A stretch of 63,348 bases of DNA, counting the filler, from Ministeria vibrans ATCC 50519 (taxonomy: Eukaryota; Protista; Filasterea), in assembly GCA_943704425.1 (NCBI GenBank). It is 6 parts of 6 records of this genome, joined end to end, with 100 filler letters (N's around TTAATTAATTAA, not from the genome) between each part and the next. Parts side by side here need not be neighbours in the genome. Positions count along the whole stretch, not along the records: positions 7,997 to 30,499 come from CALSCP010000904.1; positions 30,600 to 32,056 come from CALSCP010001382.1; positions 32,157 to 55,702 come from CALSCP010000341.1; 3 more parts are not named here. The stretch is one strand, 5' to 3'. This document shows, piece by piece, positions 27,292 to 44,922 of the stretch. Position 1 is the first letter of the stretch, and the number at the start of each line of letters is the position of its first letter. Both the position numbers and the translations under genes were made by a program. The notes beneath the pieces were generated by a model that saw only the letters and a list, made by a program, of their open reading frames with translations, had not been told where the DNA came from and searched no databases.

Positions 27292-28562
27292 TCAGGATTC
27301 CTCTTCCTTGAGATAGGAGCTGACAAGGGCGTCGACGTCACCGGGAAGGGGCGAAGAGCCTTGGCTGCCGGGAACGAGGGCAGCGGCGGGCGACGCGTCG
27401 CCAGGCATCGTTGCCATGGCTGCCGTCAGACCACCAACGGTACCTTGATCAATGAGAGTCTCGGCATTGATGGAGTCGTCTTGGAGCAGTTCGAGCAGTT
27501 CCAGGTCCATGGCGCTGACCCATTCGGGTTTGAGAGCCACCGTGTCCATACCTTCGGCGGGACCTTCGGGCATGAGAGCGCGCACAGGCGACGGCCCCAA
27601 GTACGGCCGTCGGGTGTCGAGGTCGGGCCGTTCGCGGATAGTGCGCTGGTCCACACTGATGACTACTGCCTCGATGGTTTCGCCGTCGCGAAACAGATGG
27701 ACTGTTTGTGAACACTCAAACACACTGCCGTCGGGCCGCACCAGCAATGTCCCTGCCATTTCGCCCACGTCGGCTCCCGACGCAGTCGGACACAAGGAGG
27801 GCGATAGCTCATGTACAAGATCGCGCCAGAGGGTGCCTCGAATCTTGGGCAATGTTGTGCGGAAGAGCGAGAGGTACTCCGTGTTGGGATGGGCCACACG
27901 GCAATTGAGAAAAATACACGATGCCGGTGAGATACGGGGTACCTTATCATATCATAATGATCGTGAACAAAATCAGTCAGACATTTACGATGATGATTTG
28001 GGATTTACCTCAGCGACGGCCATGTTGCTGAGTGTGTCTGTGAGCTGGCGCACGGCCATTTGCTGTGCGTACATTTGCGTTTTGAGGTCCTCATTGGCAC
28101 GCCGCAACCGTGCAATTTCTGCGTTGGCAAGGGCGTCGTCTGAGACGGGTGATGGAGCGCCATGCAACAGCGCCAGAGACTGTGCTTCCCCGATGCTAAG
28201 TTCATCAACGTCGCCGTCGGCACGTCGCTTCTTGCGGCCTTTCTTTGCGCGTGCCTGGTACACACACAAGTGTCCTCGATTAAGCTTGACACATCGGTTG
28301 CATGGCATCTGGCCGTCACACGCACGGTGTCCGGCCTATCAACAAAATAAAAGAGAGAGAAAGGAGGGAAGAAACAAAGTGATAGAAAACTTTATTGGTA
28401 TATTGTATCATTCTCATCTACGAAACTTACCCGACACGACACGCACGAGGAGGAGAGGGCAGCGGACGCATTCGAAGAGACACCTATTTGTGTGTCCTCG
28501 CCGACATCGTGTTGCGTTTGCAGTGCTGTGGCCATTGTATTTTTGGAGTGTTCTGTGTACAT
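27292..28562 (-). CDS. Zn(II)2Cys6 transcription factor with coiled coil and possible PAS-like C-terminal region
   Basis: Spliced CVSCR|AGHRACDGQMPCNRCVKLNRGHLC (C-x2-C-x6-C-x5-C-x2-C-x8-C), then KKGRKKRR and heptads EIARLRRANEDLK. Confidence 0.85.
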
Positions 28563-29032
28563 GACAGAATATAAAAAGTAGCGAGCGGTGAGAAACGGAG
28601 CGGAAACGGTCGAGAAACGGCAGTCGCATGGTAGAAAGAACCCACCAGGGTACAATGAGAGAATACTGGCCACGAACGAGATGGCTTGGTGCACTCTGAG
28701 CGACGAATTCAGTGTTTTTTTTTTTTTTTCTTTTTTGCGCCGCATACTTAAAAACGACATTTCAGGATGATCGAGATGAACTTACCGCAACAAGGAGATG
28801 AAGAAATGAACTGTGAAGGTGGCCAGGTGAAACGACGACTCTCTTGAAGCGAATATTAGTGCACTCGCTAATCACTTTTCATATTACTTTTTCTCTTAAG
28901 GTGCATTAAGTCTAACTAAGACTCATTGACTCATCACTCAACATATTTCTTCTCACCCATTTCCTGCTCGTCTACACCCCCTGCTGAGTGTTGACTGTTG
29001 GCCCACCCGCCTCCCGATTTGCCCTTTGTTCA

Positions 29033-29867
29033 ATGACGCTTCCATCAGACGGTCCGTCCACATCAGATCAACCCAATCCGCTCAAACGACTATTCCGTAG
29101 CGCCCGTGACCAACACACTGTTCCAGTATAGTGGCAGTAAGACGTCTACGCCGAGACTACTGAGCCGCGACCCGGAATGTCAAGCGATGAGTGTAATGAA
29201 GATACACTTTTACTTAAAAACTCTCACTCTCTCTCCCTTTCTCTCTCGTCATTGTCTCTCCCTTTGTCCCGCAGGCAGTTCTTCAGTTTAGTGGCGTGTG
29301 CTACAGAAGAGAATCGTGCGATAACCCCAGCATGTCCCCGTCAGGTAGGAAAACGACCCATCCACTCCTGCGCGTTGACACGTTCCGTTGTAGGCTCACT
29401 CCCGTTCCTTCGACTTCAAACTGGTCAACTGATCTCTTCTGTTGACGACATTGTAACCTACTGCAGGTCCAAGGTACCGATCGCAGCTAAGATGGGGGGG
29501 ATGAGAGCTCATACCCCATGACAGGTTGATTTGCGTACCCCGCTTAATGCGACGGCCGCTGCCGATGTGGCTGCCTACACAGATCTAATCCGGTTGAAAT
29601 TGGGCGATGCGTTTGTATGCGAACAAGGAGGGAGAGAGATGAGAGAGAGGGAAAAGGCCAAAATAATAATGATGTTGAGGTGTAGTTGTTCTGGAGCTGG
29701 TGCAATGAGGAGAACTACAAGGGAGTCACAGAGGGAGTCTATGGGGCCACGCTGAGCTGGCCTCTGCGTCCCATTGTGGTTGCGCGCACTCGCTCGGCCA
29801 TCAAGGCACTGCTGGCTAGCAGAAACACTGCGTGTGATGCTGATTCGGTACGGAAAACCAACCGAGG

Positions 29868-29953
<86 letters not shown>

Positions 29954-30358
29954 CTAAGTGATAGAGAGAGAAACAAAGTGATAGAGGGAAACGAATTGAT
30001 GAAATGATATCTTTCTCACTGTAATATTGATTTGTGTTGGATTAGTTTCATGAATTGGCACGAGTCACTTTGAACGCGCTGGCAACCAAACTTGGTCGAA
30101 ATACGTTTCTCATGGGCGAACAGTACGATTTTCAGAACAGACAGAGAATGTGAAGTTCCTATCGGAACTAATTTTGTCACTTTTTCCATGCGTGTCCGTT
30201 TGCACTATGATAGGAAAACGACTGCAGATGCTTTTCTGTTTGGCTATCTGAGTGTGATTGCGGGGAGCTCCCTGCCGGTGGATGTGCTGCGCGAGTTGCT
30301 GTTGCAGCACTCGAATCTCTGCGCCTACACTGAGCGCATTTCTCAACTGATTAAATAA
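29033..30358 (+). CDS. Metaxin (SAM37-like, GST fold), multi-exon
   Basis: SRDPECQAM; GSLPFLR; LFWSWCNEENY..YGATLSWPL; LNALATKLGRNTFLMG; TADAFLFGYL; NLCAYTERI. Confidence 0.8.
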
Positions 30359-30599
30359 TGCTTAAATAAATAATAATAAGACTTCAATTTCTAGGTTTCA
30401 CACAAGTGCGCAAACTCTCTCTTTCTCTCTAACAGACATAAAAAGAAACAGGTTAGAGAGACTCCTTAATGCGCTGGAAACAGGCTTTGAGGCTGGAGTN
30501 NNNNNNNNNNNNNNNNNNNNNNNNNNNNNNNNNNNNNNNNNNNTTAATTAATTAANNNNNNNNNNNNNNNNNNNNNNNNNNNNNNNNNNNNNNNNNNNN

Positions 30600-30659
<60 letters not shown>

Positions 30660-31487
30660 CAAGTGGGAGACAAGCGGTTGGTTGTCAGTTCACACACAGT
30701 TTGTGGCATAAACTGACTACGGCGCACTTCCATAACATGAATAGAGGGACAATCGACTGTATGGCGCCTGACGTGCTTCTTGTGTTGCCCTCTTGCTCGC
30801 CGAGACGACTGTCGAGAAAATTGTTTTGATTTGGAAACGAGATGTCGCTGCAGCGACGATATTTAGGCACGAATCGTCGATCTTGCACAACAATCGTGGT
30901 ACACAGTATGATAGGCAGGTGTTTGCGATCAATTGACAGCGAGACACCCTTGGTTTATCGTGTTTCGGCGAGGGTGTGAACTAAAAGATGGAATCGGACA
31001 CACTCAACGCAGTCGTCACGCACGCCACGAGTCATGCTGCACCCTTTAATCCCATGGAGGACACATGAGTATGCACAACAAAGTAAAAGTGCAAGGCTAA
31101 ACTTAGCAATGTCGAGCGTGCGAACTGTGAATTCTTCGGAGATTGAAACCCGTGAGAAAAAAGGAAAATTCGTACCTGCCAAAAATAGACAGGCTGTCCA
31201 CAACTCGAATGGGGCCGCAATGGGTGCGCTGATGCCTACCATAACACTGGGTGTGCTTAGTATGGTAGTATGGAAGGTATGAAGGGAACGGGGATGGCGC
31301 CATTGGCGCGCAGTTTGACCAACACTGTTTTTTCTGAGTGAAACACGCGAAGAGTCTCGATGCTCGAGACTGTGCCCGCAACATCGTTTCTCAATTCATT
31401 TTTATTCTCTCTTTTCCTCTCCTTCACTCCTATACCTGACCACCGGCTTACTCCGCTCAAGACACACATACACTCACACACCACACA

Positions 31488-32056
31488 ATGGTTGCAATCA
31501 TGGCTTTTACACGTCGCTTTCCGAACGAAAAGAAACGACGTCGCGTAAGTTCGGTTCTCGACATGGACGAGCTTGACGCCATTCCCGAGTGCCCCAAACC
31601 CACACCAGTTGCTGCCACCACCCCCTCGCTGTCGGACGACGACGACGACGACGAGCCCGTGGCGGACGCCGCTTGTCTTGACGACTTGAGCGATCCCGAT
31701 TTCGATCCAGGAAGCGACAGTGAAAGTCTCGCTGACACTCTCTCGCCCAAGTCGGCGCGACGCAGCAGCCCGGCCTTTGTCGCCAACCAGCAATTGATGC
31801 ATCTGTCTCAACACCACCATCAGCAGGCAGCGCCAGAGCGTGCGGGACATGCCAGTGCCACTTTGAGCATTTACGACGCCAACGATGCCATTGCGCTGCT
31901 CGCCCACGCTCGTGCTGGCGGCGTTCGTGTCTTCCGCTCACATCTGTCTACAGATGACAAAGCACTCATTGGCTCTGGAGAGGTGAGAGATGCTCTTTTG
32001 CATCAAGACATGCGAGAAGCCAAAAACTTGAACTTACGCGCCGTTTTTTTTTTTTT
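31488..32056 (+). CDS. Acidic low-complexity coding exon truncated by a gap; may belong to the downstream SMP gene
   Basis: GC-rich ORF with MDELDAIPECP..DDDDDD; linkage across the gap is not shown. Confidence 0.4.
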
Positions 32057-32156
32057 NNNNNNNNNNNNNNNNNNNNNNNNNNNNNNNNNNNNNNNNNNNN
32101 TTAATTAATTAANNNNNNNNNNNNNNNNNNNNNNNNNNNNNNNNNNNNNNNNNNNN

Positions 32157-32209
<53 letters not shown>

Positions 32210-32544
32210 GACAGAGAGAGAAAGGAGGGAGATAGAAACAAAGTGATAGAGAGAGAGAGTGAGTGAGTGAGTGAGCGAGCACTGTGCTGTACGTGGGTGT
32301 GATTGAGTGCACTGTGTTGTGTGTGGGTGTGAGTGGACGCAGTGTGTTTGGATGAAATGAGGATGTTAACCTGAGAGCGCACTGTTGATGAGGAGTGTAC
32401 ACGTGTGTTGTTGACTCTAATTTGTGCATGTCTTATGTGTATTTTTGATGCACTGTTTCTCTGTGCACTTACCCACACGCACGCACGCATGCACGCACAC
32501 ACACACAATTCTCCCTCTTTTATAAACGCTCACATTTTTTGTAG

Positions 32545-32938
32545 AAAATTGCGGCAGATTTAGCACTTGAGGGGCCAATTTTGTTGCACATCGACACTTA
32601 TGTTGATGGACTGGAACTGCCCATTGAGATTTCATTGCAAATCACAAACGTCAAAGGAACAGTAAGGGGAACCCGAGCGATATATTATATAATTATCTTA
32701 TTATTTCACTTCTTATTATTACGTATCGTGTGTAGTTGCTATTAGCGTTTAGTTCTGATCCCGAAAACACAATTGCATTTGGGTTTCCCGAGGTTCCTTC
32801 TCTTGACGTCAAGGCAGAATTGCTCGTAAGTGTTCACAGTATTCGCACCATTGTATATTTGTATATTTGTTGTCACTTTTTTGTGACTTGGAGGCATTTT
32901 TTGCAATATGCAATATGATCACACCGAACAATAAACTA

Positions 32939-32980
<42 letters not shown>

Positions 32981-33668
32981 TTCCTCTGATACTCTTCTCT
33001 TTTTCAGATTGGGGGACGGACAGTGGGAAATGCGTCGCAAATGATCAAAAAGGCTATCTTGAGCAAAATTCAAAAGAAGTTTGTTCTTCCGCATTTGAAG
33101 TATAAATATATTCTGTTTGATCCATTGGTAAATAGCAAAAGAGAGTGAGGGAGATTAACTGATAGTGATTGACGTTGAGTAGAAGTCGGCAGTTAAAACC
33201 GGAGAGCTATTGGTCGAGTCGCGATATTGCACTATGAAGGCAGTGCCGGCTCTAGAAACAACTGATCCGGATATGCGAGCAGTGTGGTACGAAAACTAAT
33301 TATACTGATGTTGCGAGGGTGTCATGTTTATTGGGGTTATGGAGGTACTTTGCATAGGGATTAGGGTTAAGGTGTACACTTCTCTTTAGGTTTAGGATTA
33401 CATTTGTTCGTGGGGGTTAGGGATACTCATCTCACTTGACCTTTTTGTCTTCATAGGGTTATGTTGAAACCTCGCGCATTCACTTTCTACGATCACAAAG
33501 ACGTAATCGCTCTCTCATCATTCTACTATAATCATAATCTCTGTGTGTTTTTTTTGAACAAAATAGGTGGACAAACCCTTTGGATCGATTCCTATAGGAT
33601 CAATTACTTCCATTTCAGTCGCAGGAAACGACTCACGAAAACTCACTCTTTTCAAACTAACATGTAAA

Positions 33669-33706
<38 letters not shown>

Positions 33707-34546
33707 GAAACGACTAACAACAACCCATTAATAATAATAATAATAATAGACACAACAGCGAATTCCACGACAACTTCAATTACATTTGGAGGGAAATCGG
33801 AAGAGTGCGTGGAAGGATGGTTGTCTCACTTGAAGCCACTGGTGGAGGAGACGCGCGAGGCAGAGCGTCTGAGGGAATATGAAGATGGTACAAGAGAAAG
33901 AAGGGGATAAGGCTGATTGGGAGGGAATGAAACTGAGAATGAGTCTTTGTATTTTCTCCCACACTCACTCACTCACTCTTATTTTTAGTGGATTGGGAAG
34001 AAGCAACACTCGAACCATCGGAGCGGTAAGATACACTGGCATACAATCTCTCGCGCACACATAATTGAAAAGATTACTATATTGTCACTTTTTTTTTGTA
34101 GTGAAATATCCTCTGTGAGTGCTTTTCGCGGTAAATAATAATAATAATTACTATTGTTTTTTTTTATCATTCTCAACCGTCGTTTTATTTGTGTTACACT
34201 GGCAGATACGACGGATCCACGCGAGGCTCTGCGTGCAGTTCAAAGGGCCATTCGTCTCTCAGAGAGTGTTCTCTCTCAAGTACCTTTTTTCTTTTTCTTT
34301 TTCTCTGTGACTCTCTATCTTGTTTCTTTCTCCCCTCCTCCTCTCTCTCTCGCTTACTTATATTCTATTGCTTAGCTTAAATTGACAGCGCAGCAGCTAA
34401 AAGACCGACGAGTGACGCGCGGAACGCCCGAATATCAGCAGCGACAGTTTGAGATGTCCGAAACAGACAACCTGTTACGTTTGGAGAAGGCTAAGATGAA
34501 GATCTTGCACGATCGCCACTCTTTCTTGCAGAAGCATCTTAGATGA
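32545..34546 (+). CDS. SMP (TULIP) lipid-transfer domain plus PH domain plus coiled coil, many short exons, 5' part lost in gap
   Basis: Exons read LPIEISLQITNVKGT|LLLAF..IAFGFPEVPSLDVKAEL|IGG..IKKAILSKIQKKFVLPHLK (SMP-like) and VW|VMLKPRAFTFYDHKD|VDKPFGSIPIGSITSI..ITFGGKSEECVEGWLSHL (PH-like). Confidence 0.7.
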
Positions 34547-34725
34547 GCGTTACAACTTGCATGTGTTGTCATGTGCTTCTTGAGATGGACTGTCGCAGTA
34601 CGGATATGTTTATTATTCCTCTTTCAATCATAATGACTGAGATAAGAGATTTTGTAAACAATAATAATTACAGTAATTTTTTGTATATTCATTCTCGAAA
34701 ATAAGATAATAAGTAAAATAATATT

Positions 34726-35126
34726 ATGGTGTATGTTGAAGAGGGCCACGTAAAGGAAGGCAACATGCCTTCAGAGCTAGCGTCGACGTCGTTTGACGCC
34801 AGGGGCGTTGTGTGCGAGCGTCAGCGATACCATTTGTATGTCAGCGCTGGATGTCCCTTCTGCAGCCGCTGCACCCTCGTCCTCGCCCTCAAAGGCCTTG
34901 AACATGTCGTGACTACCACAACTGTGCTTCCAAAGGTACGAATTGGTTGTTATGAAGGGCAATTGCGCCGTTTTGCGGTTTTGATGGTGGTTGTACCATT
35001 CTGGCGGTTTGGATTTGTCTGTTGTGCCAATGCCCATTGTGTTGTTCATTCCACACGCTGGAGTGCACTGGTGCTGTTGTACAGCGTTGGCGGGTTCAGC
35101 AACACCGTGCTGTGTGTGTGTGTGTG

Positions 35127-35158
<32 letters not shown>

Positions 35159-37359
35159 AGTGTGTGTGTCTCCTGCTTGACACTCGAGTAGAGACATTGT
35201 GTTGTGTGTGATTCACTGCACTCACCAAAACACTCGTAGAAAAGCGACCAAGGATGGGAGTTTGCGAGCACCGACCACGGCGAAGACAGCACCAGCGAGG
35301 GGTGTGCTAAAGAGCCCCTGTACGGATTCCAGTATCTGCATCAAGTGTACGCCAAGTCGCATCCCCAGTTCACCGGACGTCTCTCGGTGCCCGTCCTCTT
35401 CGACAAGGTCACCCAAAAAGTCGTCAGCAACGACAGGTACTCGGTCGTTCTTTCGCACGCGTTCCGCACGCGTAGNNNNNNNTCGCACGCGTTCCGCACG
35501 CGTAGCCACCCGTTTTGCTTTGCTTCTCAACACCATTCTCTTCCCTTCCCCGTCACAGCTTGCAGATTATGCGTCTTCTCAATGACGTATTTCAGCCGCT
35601 TGTTGACGATCCTCGTAACACATACAATGCTGCACCCGAGGCACTTCGCCCGCTGATTGACGCTGAAAATGCTGTTATTTCCAAGACTGTCAACATGGCC
35701 GTGTATCGTGTAGGCATGGCGACCGATCAAGACACCTACGAGGTAGGAGGGGAAAGCTTCTTACTTGTGAATTAACACACAATACTGTGATGTAGACGGA
35801 AGCGCGTGCGTACTACCATGCTCTCAGTGCACTCAACGCGCGTCTGAGCACTCAACGGTTTCTCATGGCTAACACCCAACACCCAACGGAGCCTGATCTG
35901 CTGCTCTTTGCCACACTCGCTCGCCACGATCTCATATATAACCCTCTCTTCAAACTGACTCTCAAACGACTCCGTGACTATCCAGCCCTTCTCAACTTTA
36001 CCCGCGACATCTTCCAACTTCCCCGCGTCTCCTCCACCTTCCACCCGCAGCTCATCCGCATCACTTACTACTCGAGCTTTGCCCATCTGTAAGACCCAAT
36101 CCAATCCGTTCTCGCCTCACCCTTATTTGCTGCTTAGTGCTCCGAAGTTGGTCTGGCCCAAGGGAGGCGAAACCGACTTTACTCTGCCTCACAACCGTGG
36201 AAAGTACACAATATACACACATGCAGAGAGTCACCGATGGAGAAACTCAACTCTTACTCGCTCCTCTCTTTTTTGTTCATAAGACTGTGTGCCCTGTCGC
36301 TCAATGCACATGCGTCTCAGAACAGCAGTGCAACGGAGGAGAGTGGTACGCGCACGCACGTTGGCGAATTTGTGCGTCCCAAGAGTGGTCATCGCAATTG
36401 GATCTCCGCTGACCCTTCTGCTGAATTTCCCGCTGAAGGTAGAATAGAGAATCGCCAGAATATCATCACTTTTTGACACTTCCTTGCTTGTAGCAAATCG
36501 GTACCACTTGTTCATTGCCAACAACTGTCCGTGGTGCCACCGGTGTGCCCTGACGCGTGCCATCAAGGGTCTCACTGGCATTGTGTCGATGGACGTGCTC
36601 TACTACCGTCGTGACGACGAGCGCGGTTGGCAGTTCAAGCCGGAGGTACACACTCGAGGCTTCGTATTACACTCTCACTCACACTCCCACTCAACCTTTT
36701 TTTTTTTTTATGTGTGTACATAGGAACCGGGTTGTACGGAAGACACAGCGGCGGGTGGAATCAAGTTTATTCGTGATCTGTATGAGCGGGAAGGCTCAGC
36801 CGAGAAGAGTGTACCAGTGCTCTATGATCGCAAGAGCAAGCGCATTGTGAGCAATGAGAGTGCTGAAATCATCCGCATGTTCAACAGTGCGTTTGGGGAA
36901 GTGAGCCAAAGTGCACGGGAGAGCGTGGATTTGTATCCAGAGGGAGATCGCGAGCAGATTGACGCGTACAACACGCTGGTGTACACGACAATCAACAATG
37001 GCGCGTACAAGGCGGGCTTCTCGAGCGCACAGGCCGTGTACGACCGTGCCTTCGATGCCTACTTTGACACTATTGAACGTCTCAATGGCGTGCTGGCTCG
37101 TCAGACATTTCTCTGCGGCTCAGCCGTCACGGAAGCAGACGTGCGGCTGTTCCCAACGCTCTTCCGCCACGACGCCATCTACTACTCGCGGTTCCGCCTC
37201 AACAAGGGTCTCCTCCGCGACGACTACCCCCACGTGCACGCCTGGCTGCTGCGCATGCTGGCTCTACCGGGCGTTGCCGACGCCTCCTCGCTCGTTCACT
37301 GCATGAAGGGTTACTATGGTCGCACCGGCAACAACATTATTCCGCTCATGGAGGAGTGA
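34726..37359 (+). CDS. Glutathionyl-hydroquinone reductase (GST Xi/omega-like, YqjG/ECM4 family), two tandem domains apparently in one ORF
   Basis: Domain 1: RYHLYVSAGCPFCSR, LSVPVLFDK..VVSND, VNMAVYRVG. Domain 2: GEFVRP, RYHLFIANNCPWCHR, SVPVLYD..IVSNESAEIIRM, INNGAYKAGF, TEADVRLFPTLFRHD. Confidence 0.88.
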
Positions 37360-37429
37360 TTTTTTTTTTCCTTCAGTGCATCTACCACAACAATGAATAG
37401 TAATTGATTGTTTTTTTTTTCGATAATGT

Positions 37430-39127
37430 TTACATGTGTGCACAGTGAGTGAGGGCTGCGGTGAGAATGCGTCGACGTGTGGCCACATAGGCCTTGGCAA
37501 GGGGTGAAAGAGAGACGCCATTGACGTCGAGTGCAGTGAGAAGGTCAGTGAGAGTGCTGGTGAGACGGCGCAGTGCATTGGCAGTGTGCCGGGCAGGCAG
37601 AGGCAGACGGAACCAGGCGAGCGACTGCTCTTCGACTGCGCACAGAGCAATGGTGTGGAGCAATGCGGGGGGGAAATATCCGTCGCTGCGGATGAGATGG
37701 TGGCGGGAGAGAGAGAGAGTGGCCATGAGGCGCGTGTGGGCGTCTGACGGGGGTTCGGGCAGTGCGACAGCAATGTGATCGTAAGGATTGACGGTAGGCA
37801 GAAGGAAGCCATAGGAGAGGGCGAGCTCGGACGAGTCGAGACGGCCATACGACAAAGTAATCTCTTGATGGGGGAGGACGCTGCCGAGCAGCTGCATTTC
37901 AAAGACGCGCTGCTGTGGATTGAAGTGGCGCTTAGCAATGGAAGGATGTGGGGAGAGATTGAGCAGATCGACAAAGGGACAAAGAGTGATGCGCAGGTGC
38001 GAGTCCAGTTGGATTTTAAGGGCGCGCGAGTCAAAAAGCGCGTGGGCCCGCAAGAAGTGTGTCAGGGTGGTGTGGTCGCGGGGGAACAGTGACGGGTAGT
38101 AATCGTTGAGGGTGGGGAAGAGCAGTGTGTGGATGCGTGTCAGTTCGTTGCGCAGGATGGTTGCTTCTGCCTCAAGATCGGTATGTGCCAATGCATTGGT
38201 GTCGAGCAAGGGCGAGGGCAAGTCCAGAGGAACCGAGTCAAAGTAGGGCTTCCAAAAGGAGTCTGCACCGGCAACAAACCATTCGTGCAGCACAAACAGA
38301 AGTAGAGTGGTGCTCTCGTCGATGCCTTCGATTTCAAGCACAGCTGCTGCGGCCGCATTGCTCGTCGCGATCGCCGAAAGGGTGTCCAAGTTGATCAATA
38401 GACTACATGTACACGAAATTAGACTACTCATCTTTCTTTCTGGTTGTAGTTGTTGTGACGGACTGTTCGGGAATACGAAATAGCGCTGTGTTTGCCTTGA
38501 TGTCGCGACGTGCCATGAGTCCACGACCACTCGACTGAACAAAGTTGGCAACCACAACCTCCTCGTGTATGTAGGCACCCTGCTGTGCAAGCCATTGGCG
38601 TATCCCGACAACGGAGGCGTCCGATTCGAGCTCCTGTACGCGTTGGTCAAGGAGTGCGTCGCGCTGGACAAACTGCGTTGCGAGTGCGTCGACTGCAGCA
38701 CACAGAGCACCTTCAGAGTGCAGTGCACTCGCGGGCATAGACTGCTCCACGACCCGTCGGAGGTGCTGCAAGGCGCGCATCTCGTTGTACGGCGTGATCT
38801 GCGTCGTCTCATCGCCACTGCAGAAAAAGTACACCTGACGGGAAACAGTGGTTATTCGCGTGCTGTTGTGGGAAAATGAAGGGAGAGGGGGCTGCTGCAT
38901 ACCTCTGTATCGGTGAGGGTTGCAATGCGGCATGCTTGCAAGAGCTTCTCTAGCGAGTGTTCGCCGGAGGAAGCGTCAAAGTGCCAAGTGAGAGGCCAAC
39001 TGATCCACTACTTGAAAAATGTTAATTATGACCCTTTCTGTTAGGTGAGTACCTTTGATTTCTTGTCGACTTCACGCTCCCCGTCAAGCAACAAGGCAAC
39101 ATCAAGGTTGCCCGACGATGAAATCAT
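37430..39127 (-). CDS. SET-domain protein lysine methyltransferase (Rubisco-LSMT/SETD3-like)
   Basis: SGRGLMARRDI; SFWKPYFDSVP; LFDSRAL; LCPFVDLLN; QEITLSYG..ELALSYGF..NPYD. Confidence 0.85.
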
Positions 39128-39244
39128 ATTTTGAAATGTTTGATGTTTATTGTTTCGGACATAGAAAAACATGTTTGAAGTGAATCAAGTTATTCAAGTG
39201 ATTGAACTCACATTAATTACTTATCGATTTCAGTTGACTCACGT

Positions 39245-43869
<4,625 letters not shown>

Positions 43870-44027
43870 ACAATAATAATTATCATTAAGAAAATAAATA
43901 GGAATAAATGAGATGAAAAGTAATACGTAGAGAATCAAGAGCTGTTTATTATTGTTCTATTATTAGTATTATTCTTATTATTGATAATTATTATTGTAAT
44001 ATTGTTTACTCTTTTGTTTCACTTTTC

Positions 44028-44891
44028 GATGCGATTTGTCGCGTTCACCGCAAGCGCGTTCCTAATTGCCATTGCGATAGTTGCCAACCGCCATGACACT
44101 CGTCGCGTGTTGTCGCAAGTGTGTCGCTCCGTAGCAGTGTGCCAGCAAGCAAAGGTGGCGGTGTTTGCCCGTTCGACACTTGTGCTAAACTCACACCACC
44201 AAGTAGGAGTTGGTTCGACCGTTCGTTGCGCCTCCGTCAATCCAAGCCACGCCGTCGATATCAGCCGCCCCCACGACCAACATTGTACTTCCAAACGCGA
44301 CGCCAGCACCGGTTGCCTCGCCTGTGCCGCGTACGGCGCCTCCCATTCCAGCAAAGAAAGTGCGAGCACCGAACCGTCTCCTGCCGTCCACAACGCCCCC
44401 GCGGCCTGCGCGGTTCCCGTTTACTCTCCAATGGATGGCACCATTCTTCTCGGGTGGCGGATACTCGAGCGAGAGCATTGCCTTTGCCATGGCGCTCGTT
44501 GGAATGTTGCCACTGGCGATCACTCAACACGGCGACTCCTTCAACTTCAACTTCCTGCAAGGCCTTGACTCAGACACGCGCACCACACTCCGTCGCCTGG
44601 AAACCACCTATCCCAGCGTCGACGAGAGTGTTGTTGTGTGCCATAGTGAGCCAGGCAAGCAAAAAACGTCGGTGTACTCGTCGCTGACGGACTCTTCTTT
44701 GTACAGGAGCATGGACCGCCAAGCCCTTCTACAACACTGTGCTGTGTCCTCCACGCGGCGAAGACCCTCTCTACCTCATTGGGCGAACCATGTTTGAGAC
44801 AGACCGACTGCCCAAGTCGTGGATTGAACGGTGCGATTTTGTCTTGTGTGCTCTCTTACTTTCAACTTTCACTTTCACTTTCACTTTCATT

Positions 44892-44922
<31 letters not shown>

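Noticed and set aside
27452-28564. Long antisense ORFs (370 aa here; also 61368-62447 and 48812-49621)
   Set aside because: Shadows of well-supported opposite-strand genes in GC-rich coding DNA.
35453-35505. Direct repeat TCGCACGCGTTCCGCACGCGTAG either side of a short N run
   Set aside because: Typical unmerged contig overlap.
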